Origin: Amphiscolops sp. MND2022
Lineage: Eukaryota
DNA length: 64,000 nucleotides
Direction of reading: 5' to 3'
Assembly: GCA_964187785.1 (NCBI GenBank)
Contig: OZ076409.1
Span: forward strand, 13,890,001-13,954,000
The notes beneath the pieces are model-generated. The model was given only the letters and a program-made list of their open reading frames with translations. It made no database searches and was not told where the DNA came from. The stretch's first letter is position 1, and each line of letters begins with the position of its first letter. Shown here piece after piece: positions 24,430 through 38,514 of the stretch. The position numbers and the translations under genes were made by a program.

Positions 24430-26249
24430 TTATTATGCAGTCATTCACGCCATCAATCAAACTATCTAGAATTTCAAAACTTCATTCAACAAAGAATGAT
24501 AGTTAAACTGGTAGTGATAACAGAAGAAAAGCGGCAAAATGATTGAAAACACCTTTGTTTGTTCCGCAAGTTGTATCCCTTTTGTGTCTCTGTGCTCTTT
24601 TGGAGCTTTTTAGCCATGAGCTTTTGCTGAGTTTAGCAAAAAACCTTCAGAAAAGCAAATGCCGATCAAACTTCAAAAGTATCACATCATAGACCCGCCC
24701 CATAAATGACATGCGGGGGCCAGCGTCAAGCGACTTCAATCCGTGCGCAATTGCTCAAAAACTTTGTGGAAGCGTACCTTCTAGTGCCCATCGAATTAAC
24801 ATTGGTCAAGTACCTTTTACTAATTAAGCAATATGAGAAAAACATCTGTGACTGGTTCCCCAGCGGGCATCGACCCAAATGTCACTGAGCGCTTTTGCTC
24901 TTCAATCAGACACTTGAAAAACAACAACAAGAACTGACTGAGGAAGATATGATAGTGAATAAGGTTCGTTTAAAAGGTTTCCCCCTATTCCAGATCAACC
25001 AGGTCCCACCGGAATACATCTCTACGAATAGAGTGCCATTCACCACAAACTCACTGACGTTAAGAGACAATGATGCGTTTTGACTGCGATTGCCACTCCC
25101 GAAGGAGCTGGGATGACAGCCTACCCCGATTCTCATTGAAGGACTTTTGCCAGTAGTTTTTAAGTCCCCCCGGTTGTCAGGACTCTGAAGGATTTAGTTA
25201 GAGGCATCGTCTACTGAGCAACTTTAGTTGACACTCAGCAGTAGCGCTCATTCTCTGATGACAGGTCTGCCTGGGACGTGGGCTTTACCTGTCCGAAGAC
25301 AGAACATCCAACCCACTCGTGAAGGCATCATTGAACAGACCCATCTCTTCTGTAAGTTTTGTATCACTTTTTGCAAGTTCAAGAGGTTCGTCTGAAGAAA
25401 AAACAAAGTCTTATCAAACCTTTCAAGAATTGCCAGTAATACATGAAAAGATGCAAGATTTCATAGCATCTTTAAGATAATTCGTACTCGTTCATTTCCC
25501 ATAAACGAAGTATAGATGGATAGTAATGAACATAGGGTCTGTCTTACTCTCATACTTTCCACAATAATGTGGATTTCTCGTTATTTCTCCGCTTCGACAT
25601 CTTTGGCTATTATTTTGGATAGTTCGACCTATGTCACTAGTTCATAATGATGTCCTTCTGTTGCAAAAAAGACTCGTAGCAGCCCGCCCGGATTAAGGCT
25701 CAAAAGCTACAAAGTCCCCTAATATGCCTAAGTACAATCCTTGTGAAAATGCTTATCGGCTTTAGTGGCGAAATCAGGGACCTTTTTGATAATATAAAAT
25801 TTTCTGAACATAGTCGCTGAGTGCCAAAATTTCCAAAATGCTGGAGCTTTGGTTTTGTCTAGCTTTGTAAACATGTTTACTTTTTAAAATGTTTTTATTG
25901 TATTGAAGTATTATTTCATCAGCCTCATAGTTCCAAAAGACACTATAAAAAGTGTTGTTCACTAGTTTTCTTGATAACAAAGGAAACAAGAAAATTGAAA
26001 ACAGACACTTAACAAGAAACATTGTTCACTAGACGCCCGCTTAGCATCGCGATATGCACTGTGTTGTAACCGGGAACTTCACGGTCGAAACAGATTCTAC
26101 TTGAAGAATTTACTATATTTTTTCATACCATTCTTTTTCACAATGCTGTTACGGTATCAATAAAATCACTAAAAGCAGTATCTTATTAACACAAAATGAC
26201 AGCCAATTAGACTTTGTTGGTCAATATTCTAATGTCTTTCTGTCGGTAG

Positions 26250-29200
26250 CCCTAAATTATTTAGTTCTGTCGATGGTCATGTATGTCTCACATCTCCGTT
26301 CCCTCCGGAATGATCCGTGTAGAGCTTGTTGGATTTTCATTTAATGTCGTATCACACTGATTTCTTCGTCTTCTTGCCGTATTTTAGGGTAGTCTTCTTC
26401 TTCACTGTCCTCCGGTTAGCACCCTGTTTTTCAGTTTCTATCAACTTCTTTTTATTGCTTTTGGTATGGTACGGTACCTCACCCAGTTTTTCGGTTTGTT
26501 TTGCAAAAGGCAATCTTTCGAATTTTTTAACCGGTTGAAACAGTTCTTTTAATTTTTTCCGTTAGCTAACCTTGTTCGGATGTTAGCTTGTCTTCTCTGG
26601 GGAGACGTTGTAGTTCATCATCTAGGTTGGTGTGTACCGCTTCACTATCGGACTTGTTGTAGCAGTCAAATTCTTTGTCGGAAACAATGCTGAGATAAAG
26701 GTCGACTCCCGTCTCTGCAATTTTTTATGGCGACGTGAATTGGACTTTGATTTGTCGCGATTGATCTTTTTTTTCAGCCAGCCTTCGCTTCTCTCGTGAT
26801 TGATTGTTTTTGGAGCTTCTTTTCAGCTGTATACACAAGGTGCTCCGCAGCTTCCCCCTGTGTCCAGGGTTTTTGTGCACGTTGGTTGGCCGACTATGTC
26901 TGTCTGGTATATATTCGTTTTGTTGGGGCGGTGGCTGTTTGCTGATAAGGTAGCGTGCTGGATATACGTTTTTTACGTACTTTTTTATTTTTATATAGAG
27001 TTACGGTTTGTTCTGTGCCCGATATAGTGGTTGTTGATTGCCCGTTTTGTTGTTGATTTTGCTATCTAACGAGTCTTTTTTGTAATTCGTTCCCTGAAAA
27101 TTGAAAAAGTAGTTAACTTTGTTCATACCTACCGAACTAATTGATCTTTTTGTTTGAGCGAAGATCATTCCCTGTCTGAATTTCGGCTCGACCGTGTTTT
27201 TCCTCAACATGAATGGGTGGTCTGTTTTTTCTCCAGCCAAATTTCGGCTGATGTAGACGTAGAGTCCGCTGAAATGGCCTTTTCCAAGTTAGATAAATTT
27301 GTTCTAGCGTCATGTCCGAAGTGGGATTCGAACGGTGTTTTCTTGGTTTGGAAAGTAACTAAGAATCTTAGAGGTAAAGTGCCTTTTTTACACTTTCGCG
27401 GGAGTTCATTCCGTCTTCTAGATTTGCTAGTATTAAATTCTTCAGTGATTGAATCGTTCTTTCGACCAATCCGGTTAGTAGATTTGCGATACCGTATTTG
27501 CAGTTTATATTTAGTAACTTGCAAAGTTCTTGGAATTTTCTCGAGATAAAGGAGTCTCCTTGATCCAATTTGAAAGATTTCGGTACCCCGTTTACATTTA
27601 CTTATTTATTCAGAAACTCAAAAAAGGTTTCGATTTTGTTGTTTTCATAGATTTGATTTTTGCGTTCGACAGCAGCTATTTTTGTCCATGGCAATCAAAA
27701 TGTATGGGCTTGTTGATAGATTTTTGATATGTAAATTTCACGTGAAATCTTTTTGAATTTCTTCGCCCGGAGATTTGATCTTTTCAATTTTTTTCCGTTT
27801 GGGGTATTGGAAATGTTAGGTTCTTACCGGCTTTGAGGCATACTAAGCATGTTTTTGATTTTTTTTCTCAAAGTCTACCAGCATGTTCAGGCATCGGAAT
27901 GTTGCAGCATTGTCGCACATTTTAGAGGGCGTTCAGAGCTGCGTTCCGTAGCGTTTTTGTCATTTTGATCCCGTCATCTACCATTACGATGCCCCATCAG
28001 TGGTTGAGTTCTTCGCCACTGTCTTGTAGTCGTTGGGTATTTGGCTGGTGTCGTTGTTTTCGGGGCAACAGTTGAGTTCAATGAGGTCAGGAAGGCGACG
28101 GTTTCTTTGATCAGTGTAAGTTGATCTAGCTTGAAATCTAGTTTGACTGCCATGACATTGTCTTCCTGTTGTTTGTTCTTTTCCACCACTCGATTTATGC
28201 GGACATATGCGACTGCTATTTAATCAATTGGGCCACCTCGGTAGTCTTGTACTGGTATGGCGGGATATGCTCCAAGTTCTTGTGTTGGTACCTGTTCTTC
28301 GGAGATTGTTGAGACCGTGGATTCAGAATCTCTGCTGGTTTGATTCCGTTCTTGGGGCCTCGATGGTGTTTGTCTCCGAAGTTTCGAAAGTAGTTCGATG
28401 ATGTGTGATTCTTCTTTTCTCTCACGTTGTATATCGGTTCGTTTTATCCCCTTCTTTCTTCTTATATTCTGGTCTTCTCGGTAGGTAGATTTCTCTTTCC
28501 AGGTTTCTCTTCTACATTGGCCTCATCGGTCTTGGTCTCGCAAGTGTCATTCGTTTTCTCACCAGTTCCGTAGTTTCGGGTGATTTCTCTCCTGTTAATT
28601 ATGGCCATAATTTCGTTGTATGCTCCCCAATGGTTACGTCATTGTCCGTCGATTCGTAAAAATTGCGCGTTTCGGTTGTTATCTTTGGTGTTGTTCAATG
28701 AGGATCAGTTGTAATGGATTTATCAGTATACCGCTGCAATGTAGAAAAATCAAATTCAATATAGCTTTTGTTTGTTTTGGCAACGTCGCCTCTCAATTAG
28801 CGCGTGCGTATCGAGCATGTTCGTTTTGTTGTCACCGTTAGCTCCATCTGATCGGTAAAAAACCTGAAAATGCGGATATTTACCGTTGCTAATTGCGAGA
28901 TGGCGTTGATTACGAACTTTTCTCCGTAATTTTCCGTTGGTTCCGAATTTTTGGTAGGATTGCGGCTAACGAAGTCTCTGAAATCAATTTCGTTTCGTAT
29001 CGACGGAATCGGTATCGTTCAAGCACCCATACCACGTCCGGTAGCTCCAGTTCGCCAATCGAGTATTTCTTTTTTTCGTGCCTTAGATAACGGATGGCAA
29101 ATGCCATGAGTTTCAGTTTTCTATTGCCTTGTTTCTGCCATAGTGCTACTCCGAGGCCGATTTTGCAAGCGTCTGAAGTTAAAAAATTTCTTTGTTGCCG

Positions 29201-32200
29201 TTGTAGTGGACAAGACAGGGTAGTGTTGGTGATTCCTGTTTCATTTGTTAAAATTGGTGTTGCGGTCTTTCGTGCAGTCCAATTTTGTTCCTTTTTAGTA
29301 GTCGTCTCATGTCTTCGGCTGTTCCCGAGAGATTTGGTATGATCTTCGCAAAGTACTGGTTGGGACCGAGGAAAAGTTTCAGAGTCTTGGTGTTGATCGA
29401 GGGTTCCAGTGTGTTTATGGCATCTGTTTGGGGCTCAAGCTTTGCGAGGTGCCCATATGGTGACGTTTCTGGGGCTCGAGCTTTGCGAAGTGTCCATATG
29501 GTGACGTTTTTTTTCGCAGATTTCGTGACATGTGCCAACTTCTCAAACTGGTGCGGCAAATTTTTCAAAACCTAGAATAGATATGGATACCATGTTTTCG
29601 CTAAAAGTTGCGCAAGATCCTCAGGTACACTTTCGTTTAAAGAAACTCAAAAAATTCAGCTTCGTGAAAACTTTTTTTCGAAAACAACGCAATTTTTCAG
29701 TGTTTTTCATCTTTGATCCCCTAAATTTCAGAATTGAGTCTAAATACAGGGTTCATGAATTCGTAACTTGTACAAACGTATCATAGGCTACATTTTGGCC
29801 AAAAAATGACGTCAAATTTTTTTCATAATTGTTTTTTTGTACAAAAAAGGTATGGAAAAAATGCCGGAAATTTTTTTCTCCATCGTTGCACTTGTTTCTG
29901 AAAACTGATGAAAGATACAGAAACCATTCTCTTTCGACAACATTAGCATGGATGTAGGCTACTTTGTGGATCAACAAAGTTTCCGTCATTGAGTATGACG
30001 CTTTCGTTTTTCTGCAAAAATATTTGATTTGAAAAAAAATTCTGGGTTTTTTTACTTGAGCACCTGTATCTCATGACCTGGACCAATTATGGTGTTCAGG
30101 ATGTCTTTCATCAGAATGCATAGGCAAGCCTAATTTGCTCAAAGCGCAACACGGTGCTTTCAATACCTCGGATTCCACGACCATACTTTTAACCGTGCAA
30201 AATTGGCAAATTACGTCATATGTCCCGGATTCCACGGATTTCGTCGTGGACTCCAGTAACAAATGCTTACCTGTGCGCACTGTCGTCATGCCGCTGTGTC
30301 CCGGATTCCACAAAAACGTAAGTTTTGCAAAATGAACCAATCAGATTGCAGAAATCATAAATTTCCTGGATTCTACGACTTTGTGCTTGACGCGATTCGC
30401 GGCATCTCTTCTTGAATTAAACTCAAGTGGATGACTGAACAAACATAATATTATGCACTACTTTTCGTACATTAACTCAAAATAATTCAGACAAACACAC
30501 TACTTTTCGTACAATAACTCAAAATAGTTCAGACAAACACACCAATACCACACAAATTTTCGTAATTTTCGAAGTTTAGTCCAGTTTTGAACAAACTGCC
30601 AGATCATCACAATCTGCCATTAAATGATGACATGCTGCAATTTTGGTACCAGTGATGACTATCTCTGTTCGTACTTTGGGATTTTTCGTGTCAATCAAAA
30701 CAATTTCCATTGATATAAAATTAATTTAATCAAAAATTTTTTTGCCTTGCCAATAATGATTACTCAAAATCAGCGGACCAATCAGAGAGCAGCGGCAAAA
30801 GCGTCATTATACCAGCAGTATTGGCGTGGAATTCAGGACAAGCACTGTCGTGGAATCCAAGACGCGCTTAGCATCAAAGGGAAATTTTGTCCTAGAATCC
30901 ACGACTTTCCTCAATTTTCGTGTCGCTGATTCCACGAAAAGCAGCAAAATAGCTTGCCTGTGCACTGTAATGTTAGTTTTACGAGGCTGGTGTAGGATAC
31001 GTTTTAGGGTAAAAAACACGTCGAATTGTTTTTTGCTTTGGATTTTTTCAAGCAAATGATGTAACAAAAACATTTCGAAATTTTCCCAATTTTTTCCATC
31101 TTATTGCTGATTTTTCTCGGGACTGAAAATAGAAACGAAAACCATTCTCACTCACAAAGTGAGGCAAGGATGTGGGCTACTTTTGGTATTGTCAAAGTTC
31201 CCGTCATGAAGTGAATGCTGTCCACTTTGTGTTACTTTCGGATTTCTGCCCAAAAACAATTTTGCATTCTTCTCAAAAAAAAATATTCAACTTCACAGTT
31301 CTTCATCTGAAGACAAGATGTGTCCTGATCTGAGACTAGATAAGTTCACTGGGTCTGGGGCCCTCTGATATATTCATTTTGTAGCACCTTCTTCAGACCA
31401 TCGAATTCTTCTGCTCGAAGCCAAGCGCGACACGCCGTCGCACCTATGTTTTTTTCTTGTTGGACCTTACACCGTCTTTTGAATTTTTGTGTCAAAGACA
31501 TATTGTTTCCCTTTTGTGGAGTTTTGAGTTCTTTTTACTTGCTCTTTATCCTTCATTTTCCAGTTTGGTGAGAACCCAATACAGTTTTCGGATTTGTTCT
31601 TCTTTTGTTCCTTGGATCACAATATTAATGTCGTCTAGTCAAACTGATTTCATGTCGTACAAGTCCCGTATCGACCGATGGCTGAACATGGTGATGTCAC
31701 CTTCTTACAGCGCCCGACAGTTCTGCCTACATTCTCTTGGGAAAATGTCGGTATGCGAGGCGTTGAAATCTTTTTAGAAATCATTAGTACTCTTTTATGT
31801 ATTCGTCTGTTTCCGCGGAGTTGCACTGCTTGCTGGTTTCTTGTGCTAGTTTCATTTCTCCGTATGCGTATTCGAGGTCTATTACGGGAATCCAGCTTGG
31901 ATTAGGTCATTTTTATATAATTAAGCGGATATTTGGTTTCGTAGCTCTTGGATGTTTGGCATGTGTGGTCTTTTTCACACAAATTTCGCTGGATTTCAGT
32001 GCACCCAATGAGATTTTCACTGTTTTGTCTCTCTTCAGTGTAATCACTACGGGTGATACGAAGCAGTCTTCTTTGATAGCTTCCAGTATTTCTAATTGTT
32101 CGGATTTTATCAATCTGTCCAGTTCAATTTTCACATCTGGTATGTGGCATGGTATTGATCTGGCTTTCTGTTGGAATAGGTAGCTTCCTGCTTTTATTTG

Positions 32201-32554
32201 AATTTGATTTCAATGTTCCTGTCTGTGTTTTTTTTCGAAGAATTTGTGGAATTTTGAGTGGATGGAGTTTGATTGGTTAGCATTTTCATCCGGTAGGACA
32301 TTGTTGATGGTGATCGGTAGTTGTTTCAGTCAATTCACACACAATAGTGGCGTGATGTCGTTTTTTGTGTGATTAGTAATGATAGTTTTATAGTTTTGTT
32401 CTTATAATTTATATCTGCCCATACTTTCCCGAGGAACATGATTTCGTTTTTACATACGTCTTGGTATATTTCTTTCAACGGTTGGATAACTTTCAGTTTG
32501 TATAATGTCGGAGTGAGGGCGTTATTGTAACGGGAGATCTGTTGTCGTTGGCAA
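26250..32554 (-). mobile_element. Degenerate Ty3/Gypsy element 2 (pol only), interrupted at ~29430-31446
   Basis: Integrase GLVERTIQSLKNLILANLE and KTPFESHFG (27150-27950); RNase H EKKKYSIGELEL (28900-29400); RT CFVSPVVITLKRDKTVKI and LDDINIVI (31450-32200); protease remnant SPVTI (~32530). Left boundary approximate. Confidence 0.88.
29430..31446. mobile_element. Unclassified, probably composite DNA-element insertion in Gypsy 2 pol
   Basis: Host frame (...DGVR..KKK | TDAINTLEP) is split here, with TGTTT on both sides. It contains inverted GGATTCCACGAC/GTCGTGGAATCC arrays (30170-30940), tandem duplications (29426-29508, 30456-30540) and a diverged direct repeat (~29900-30000 vs ~31120-31220). 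Confidence 0.6.
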
Positions 32555-35500
32555 AGTTGTAGTTTTTGAGAGGTTGATTATTGAACGAAAGTATTAAGAT
32601 TGATGCAATTTGTGAAGTATTGAAATGTAGATGTAATGTATATGGCAACAGCAAGGTTTCAAGTAATTGTGTAATTGTCTATCATTTTGTTGGAAGGTTT
32701 TTGCAACATGTTTAGAAATTCGCCTGTGTTTAGCAATGTTATCACTCTCTAAGACTCCCCCTTTTCTTCGATAGCGTCGGTTTGTTAAAGGTAACTAATA
32801 CATTAAATTGAGGGTTCGGTGTTCAACCAAATTATAGTAAACATTCAGGGGCCAAAAAAATTACAGTTGAAATGTTCTTCGAATGCAGGTTTTACAGGTA
32901 TTGATGTCATGGTAAATGTAGCTTCATGTTGAATGTAATTGTATCCGAATATGTTAACTTCAAATGTTAGGATTACATGTTAATGTTTTTAGATTGGTCA
33001 GTAGAGTACAGTTAATGCTCAGTCTGATTTCCTTTTTCAGGACATTTCTCTTCTTTTTCTATTGTCACAATTACATCGATTCGATATCGTTTTGTAGGTC
33101 ACCTTCTTCTGTTGGGCTGCTCCCGAGGAGCTGGCGTTTCCGATGGTACCGCCGATTTGTTTGAGCACGGGTTCGCCGTTTTGCACGATGATGACATCTC
33201 TTCCGGCGGTGTTGTCGTTGAACAACACGGCTCTTCTCTTCTGTTTGTTTTTTCTTCTGCCGATTTTTCTCATGCTGATTCCAAATTTATATGTCGATCG
33301 GTGTTTTTCGCTGGAACTTTCAGAAGTTGACATTGGCGGTTCTTCGTCAGACATTTCCTCCACTACTTCTGCTTCTTATATTGTCTTGATGACGTCCTCC
33401 ACCTTCTTATACACTTCTTGCTTCTTTTCTTGTATTGTCCTTGTATTGTCCTTTGCCACATCTCTCTTAGCTAGTTTGATCGCCTTCTGTTTTCTTTGTA
33501 GTAAGAAGGTGATAGTGTGGTCCGTCTAATGTAGTACCCTTCGTCTTTTCGTCGAGGAAGCTGGCTCTACCTTGCGACCTCAAGCTGCCCTCACCAAGAT
33601 GGTAGAGTCGACCTCTTCTTCAAAGTCCGAAGCTGCAAAAGTGGATCTTCTGTCCTGTTCTAAAACACACTTCGACTTCCCTAACAAATCATTTATAATG
33701 TTACTTTAACCGCGTATTCGACTGTCTTCCATGTTGTTTTCGAACGGAGATTGACCATCCGCCTTTTTTCCTGTACGTAATGCATTAGCATTTAAAAGTT
33801 CAGACAATCCCGAGTAAACTTTGTATAGGATTTTGTTCTTATTTATGTGATCAACCTTTCGATATACCAGTTTCTCGATGATCCGTCACCGGACAGGATA
33901 CATGTTTTATGTAAAACCGCTGGCTAGAATTTTTGAACTGTTGGCTCATGAATACCGTTCCCGGGTCCGATTTTATTCTTTTGGGAATTCCAAACTGTGC
34001 CATGTGTTTGTTTGAAAAACCGATCACTTTCTTAGTTTTTGATTTGTGTAAAAATGGTGCGTCCCTACGAGCTGAAAAAACATCTAAAGAGTTTTTCCAT
34101 GATTTGCATTCTGAAAACGACCCGCGAAATCTATCGCTAGCTGTTCATTCGGTCCCGTTGATTGCGGAAGTTTTAAGACTTCGCTTCGTATCCATGTATT
34201 TTACCATTCTTACGTGCTAGGCTACACTCCTCACACAATTGGCCATTTTGTTCACCACAAGGTGGATTTTAGACCACCAGATGTCTGTGATACCTCGTAA
34301 CATCGTATCTCTTCCGGGATAGCCGTAATGTATTGCGCTCATTATAGACCCTCGGAGGTTTAATGTAATGACGAGCCGGTTTTTCATGTTGAAAAAAATC
34401 CTTTTAGAGAGACATAGGGAATTGAATTTCTCTCCAAGGCGATTGCAACCAGGAATTTCCCCCCTTCCCGGGCTTTTACGAACGTGATGATTTTCTTCAA
34501 TTGTTTATCGCCCTCGTAATTTGCCCGGAACAATTGATTCATTTAGTTCATCAATTGCTGCACTCGTGCTTAAATTAATTGCACTGCCTTTCACAAGATT
34601 ATACGCACCACTGACATCTGTCTGATTGTTTATAATTTGACCGCGCTCCGATTTGATTGGCTGTCGCGTATCTTGCCTCTCATCGCTTGCTTGTATTTCG
34701 TTTTTTTTTCTCAATTTCAACCTTCAATGCTGAATTTTCTGCGCGCGTCAAATTTTCTTTCTGCGTCACCAATGGTTTCGACGTACCCCTGAATTGGAAA
34801 TAAAACTGGAAATAAAGTTTCGTTTGCGCTAAAACAATCGTTCTACAGTTCTTCGGCTTGGGATGTTGCTCCTTTTATTTTACTTGGGTAATCGACAAAG
34901 CCTTATAGTCATCCGGGCGCGTGGGTCACTTCGAATTCGAACGGTAGTATGCGGTCGTCTTATCCCGTTAGCCGGCTGAAAAATGTTTTGTTACCTTAGT
35001 TAGGTCTTGAAACAAATCACAACGCGTTGTGGTCAGAAATGACTCTAAATTTGATTATTTTCCAAGAGTCTCAATGGCCCACAGTACTGCTAGTAGTTTC
35101 AGTTTTTTGATAGAATTCTTAGATTCGAAATTAGGTAAAAACTAGACCCAAATGACAAAGGTTTCCAACTTTGGTTTTCCTGCTGTTGCTGAAGTACTGC
35201 TCCTAGCCCTTTTTTTTGCTTGCATCGCAAATTTTTCTAATTGATCTATCTCTTTTGAAATGTGTCAGTTCTGTGATTTTCTTCACTTTTTGGTTGACTT
35301 TTAGAATGGCAGCCTCATGCTATTCCGTCCAAATCTACGGGTTATCATTCATTAAAAATGATCTAATCAGAAAATATATACTGGCGAGATCTGGTACAAC
35401 TTTATTTTATCGGTTGATGGCTCCCAGAAACGATCTAAGTTCCTTCAAATTGGTCGGTCCTTATTTTTCACTGGGCTTTGCTGTTTACAGGGAAAATGCC

Positions 35501-37804
35501 ACTCCCTGACAAACTTTACCCAAGCCACTCAATCTTTTCCCACGCTATAACGCAATATTACATGTAACTACTTTAAGCTGTAAGTTTTCTTTATCCGAAA
35601 TAATTTTCATTACTTCTCCGACCTTTTGCATATGTACTTCATTACCTTTATTTACAATTAAAATTCCGTCAATCTATACAAACGTACAGTCAGTATTTAC
35701 AAGTGTCAGAGCCATAATTTTCTGCAATTCCAAGTTCGTTGGCCCGTAATGTCGTGTTATAGAGCGGCATCTTCCTGTAGATTTTCCTCCGATAATCTGG
35801 ATATTACAATTTTTTTATGATACTTGTCCTTAGACAAATTTCAAATCTACTGATAAAGACAAAACTTCGGTTTCTTGCCCTTCAATTTTTTCCGCTACCA
35901 TGTCCACTAGGTTTGTAAGTTGAGCACTTGATATTAACCATTTGCTATGGAATCGTTCATTTCTCTCGCCTCCAGGGCAGTCTTTACTGACCCATCCTTC
36001 TTTATAGTAACAACTACAGGTTGTATGAACACGTCGTCTTTCATTGTATCAACTTTTTCAATGTGTTCCTTTTTGATCAAATATACAATCTTTTTCTCTA
36101 TCAACCTGTTCTTAAAACTGTATCAAAACACGCCTGCCTTTTTGCTGAGTTCTGCGCGTACCTACTTTCATGTCAATTTTAATTGAATAATTATTGATCA
36201 ACAGCGTCTTCCAAGCATTATGGGGAATTCCGCCTTTAATTGCTTTACCTCCTCGCTCAGCTCAACCTCAGGTGTTGCTTGTTCTTTGGTTACGCAACTT
36301 ATTGACTTCTCAACTTCTGTAGTATGGTTGATTTGTATAGCAGAGCAGTTAAACAATCACGGTCCACAATTGGTTTTAAACCTCTCTTCGCTACCAGTAC
36401 CCTGGCCTTTGATACTCTGATCCCGTTGATTTGCAGGCTCACAAGTATGTTCCACAGTAAGGGTAACAGCTTCTTGTTAAAATCCACATAACGTTCGTTA
36501 TCGATCATTCTTCATACAACTACTCGTCTTTTCCCAACAATTCTCTTCAGTTCGTCGATTGGAAAAAATGACACGAGTGATCTCGTATCAATTATTGCTT
36601 CAAAGGTATTACCGCACAGTAATCACTCAATCATAAATGGGTTCGTTCCTTCGCTCTTCGCCTGCAACACCATTTCGTCGTCATCCAATTAGTCTTCGTT
36701 TTCTGATACGTTATTAAATCTTCTTGGTTCCCGTCGTTTGTTTCTCAGTCTTTGTCGCATGTCTCTGTTCCTTTGTGAATACTTCTGGTTAGACGATTTT
36801 TCTAGATAATCCATCATTGAGCAAAACGCATTGGTGGTTTTTAAATCAAAAATTAGATTAAAATTGTCAGCTCCACAACGATAACCTCCCATCGATTGGA
36901 TTTATTTACTGCGAATTCTGTCTCGCTCTTTATTGATTTTGGTTGGTCCACAACACTCGTACCCTCAATTTCTGTTTTTTACTCCCTCGTCATACGATAT
37001 GGCGTACTGCAAGGCATCTAAAGGCTTTGCAAAAGGTTCTACGCACTGGCATTCATGAACATTGTTATTCCTGTTTAATTTTGTTACGTCGTGCACCAGA
37101 GTTTAGGTGATACGAATCTTGCTGCCAAACAGTTTAATGTATGCCAAAATTGTTGCAGTGACTCAGTTGGCAATTGCTTCCGCGGTAGAAACTGATGTCT
37201 GTCCAGTGTTCTGTTCCTCTCAATCTGAAAACAGCTTCCACAATTTTGTCACACCTCAAGGGCGTGCAGAGACCAGATTGATCTTTCTGGACTCTTATCT
37301 CGAACCATTTTCCAACCAGTTTCTCCAAGTAAGATGAACATCATACTCTATATCTTTTTCGCCTTTCATGCGCTGTAGTATACCCTAGGAGTGGTTTTAC
37401 CTTTCGATTTGCCTCATCCCTCGTTCTTGTCAATTGTTTCATAAATATGGGGTACTTGGCCATCATTGCTACTGCAAACAGATCGTTCCATTTCACCCAT
37501 TCAGACTTTGAGTTTTCGTGCCAGACTAGAGGCAACCCCTCTAACAACTAATTCGATTAAGACAAGCTTGGTGACGATGACAAAGTTATGGTCGGACGCC
37601 ATGTTGAAGTACTTGTTGAGAATTGAAATGTTGAAAGAATGTATCAAGATTGATGCAATATGTAAAATGTTGAAATGTAGATGTATTGTATATGGCAATA
37701 ACAAGGTTTCAAATAATTGTGTAATGGTCTATATTTCTACTGACAGGTGTTAGCAACATGTTTACAGATATGTCTGTGTTTAGCAATGTTATCACTCTCT
37801 AGCA
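32555..37804 (-). mobile_element. Full-length but degenerate Ty3/Gypsy element 3
   Basis: Two ~200-bp diverged LTRs (~32555-32754, 37602-37804). PBS-like TGGCGTCCGACC next to the 5' LTR. PPT GAAGAAAAGGGGGAG (32755-32769). gag, protease, RT, RNase H (ICDASK), and integrase (IHYGYPGRDTML, GIPKRIKSDPGTVF). Confidence 0.92.
37602..37804 (-). repeat. 5' LTR of Gypsy 3
   Basis: TG...CA ends. Aligns with 32555-32754 (shared CTGTGTTTAGCAATGTTATCACTCTCTA). Confidence 0.85.
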
Positions 37805-38514
37805 GTACCATATAAAGATATCTTCGTTTCCACAAAACAATCCGGGATAGAGAGTTTTACACGTTTTTTCGGAAAAATTTTTTCAATTTTTGTATTTGAT
37901 TTGTCACGTGAATTCTGGAAAACATTGCTAGTCAGCCGTAATGTTTTTTTTCAGTTTTCAGATTTTGACGACTGAATGTAATGTTCAATATCATTTCAAT
38001 ATCTCGCTGAAACAGCGTGTTTCTCTGAAGACTAGCATCCTTGATCATTCGGCGATTTGTAAAGCTGCTTCTTGAGATGGGTCCGGTCTGAGTCTCTCTA
38101 AGTAGTCGTTGTTGTTGTCGTTCTCTCAGAACCAAAATGCCTACAAGAAAGAGAACTTGAAAAGGCACTCGGCAATTTTTGCCGAAAACGTTGTGACGCC
38201 CAAGTTCCTTTCCTGCAAAAAATAGCTCCTAGATTTATCGTTTCAGGTCGTGTCAATTGGTTTTTAGAATTATTTTGACAAAATTGAGTGGTTAGTTTCC
38301 TTACAGCCAAATACAACGGCATATAACCAAATCATTGTATAGTTAACATCGAAGTATTTCATTTAGTATTCGTTGTATGACACGGTCTTTTTTTATCCAG
38401 GTCGGCGTTAGTATTGGCACGTCGCTCAGCTTCGCGTTGCTCTTGCATATAGGGCACAGTAGGAAGTTAAATATGCTGGTATTTCATCACTTGTATTTTG
38501 CCTCAATGATTTTC

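Noticed and set aside
25250..25312. SECIS element or hammerhead at CTGATGA stem
   Set aside because: No apical AA motif and no GAAA core. Kept only as a note in the TGA-frame finding.
26028..26075. Helitron 3' end on the minus strand (...GCGGGCGTCTAGT)
   Set aside because: Hairpin is imperfect and no 5' end was found; insufficient support.
37932..38322. Short minus-strand ORFs after Gypsy 3
   Set aside because: No recognisable motif, and they do not resemble the missing gag of Gypsy 2.
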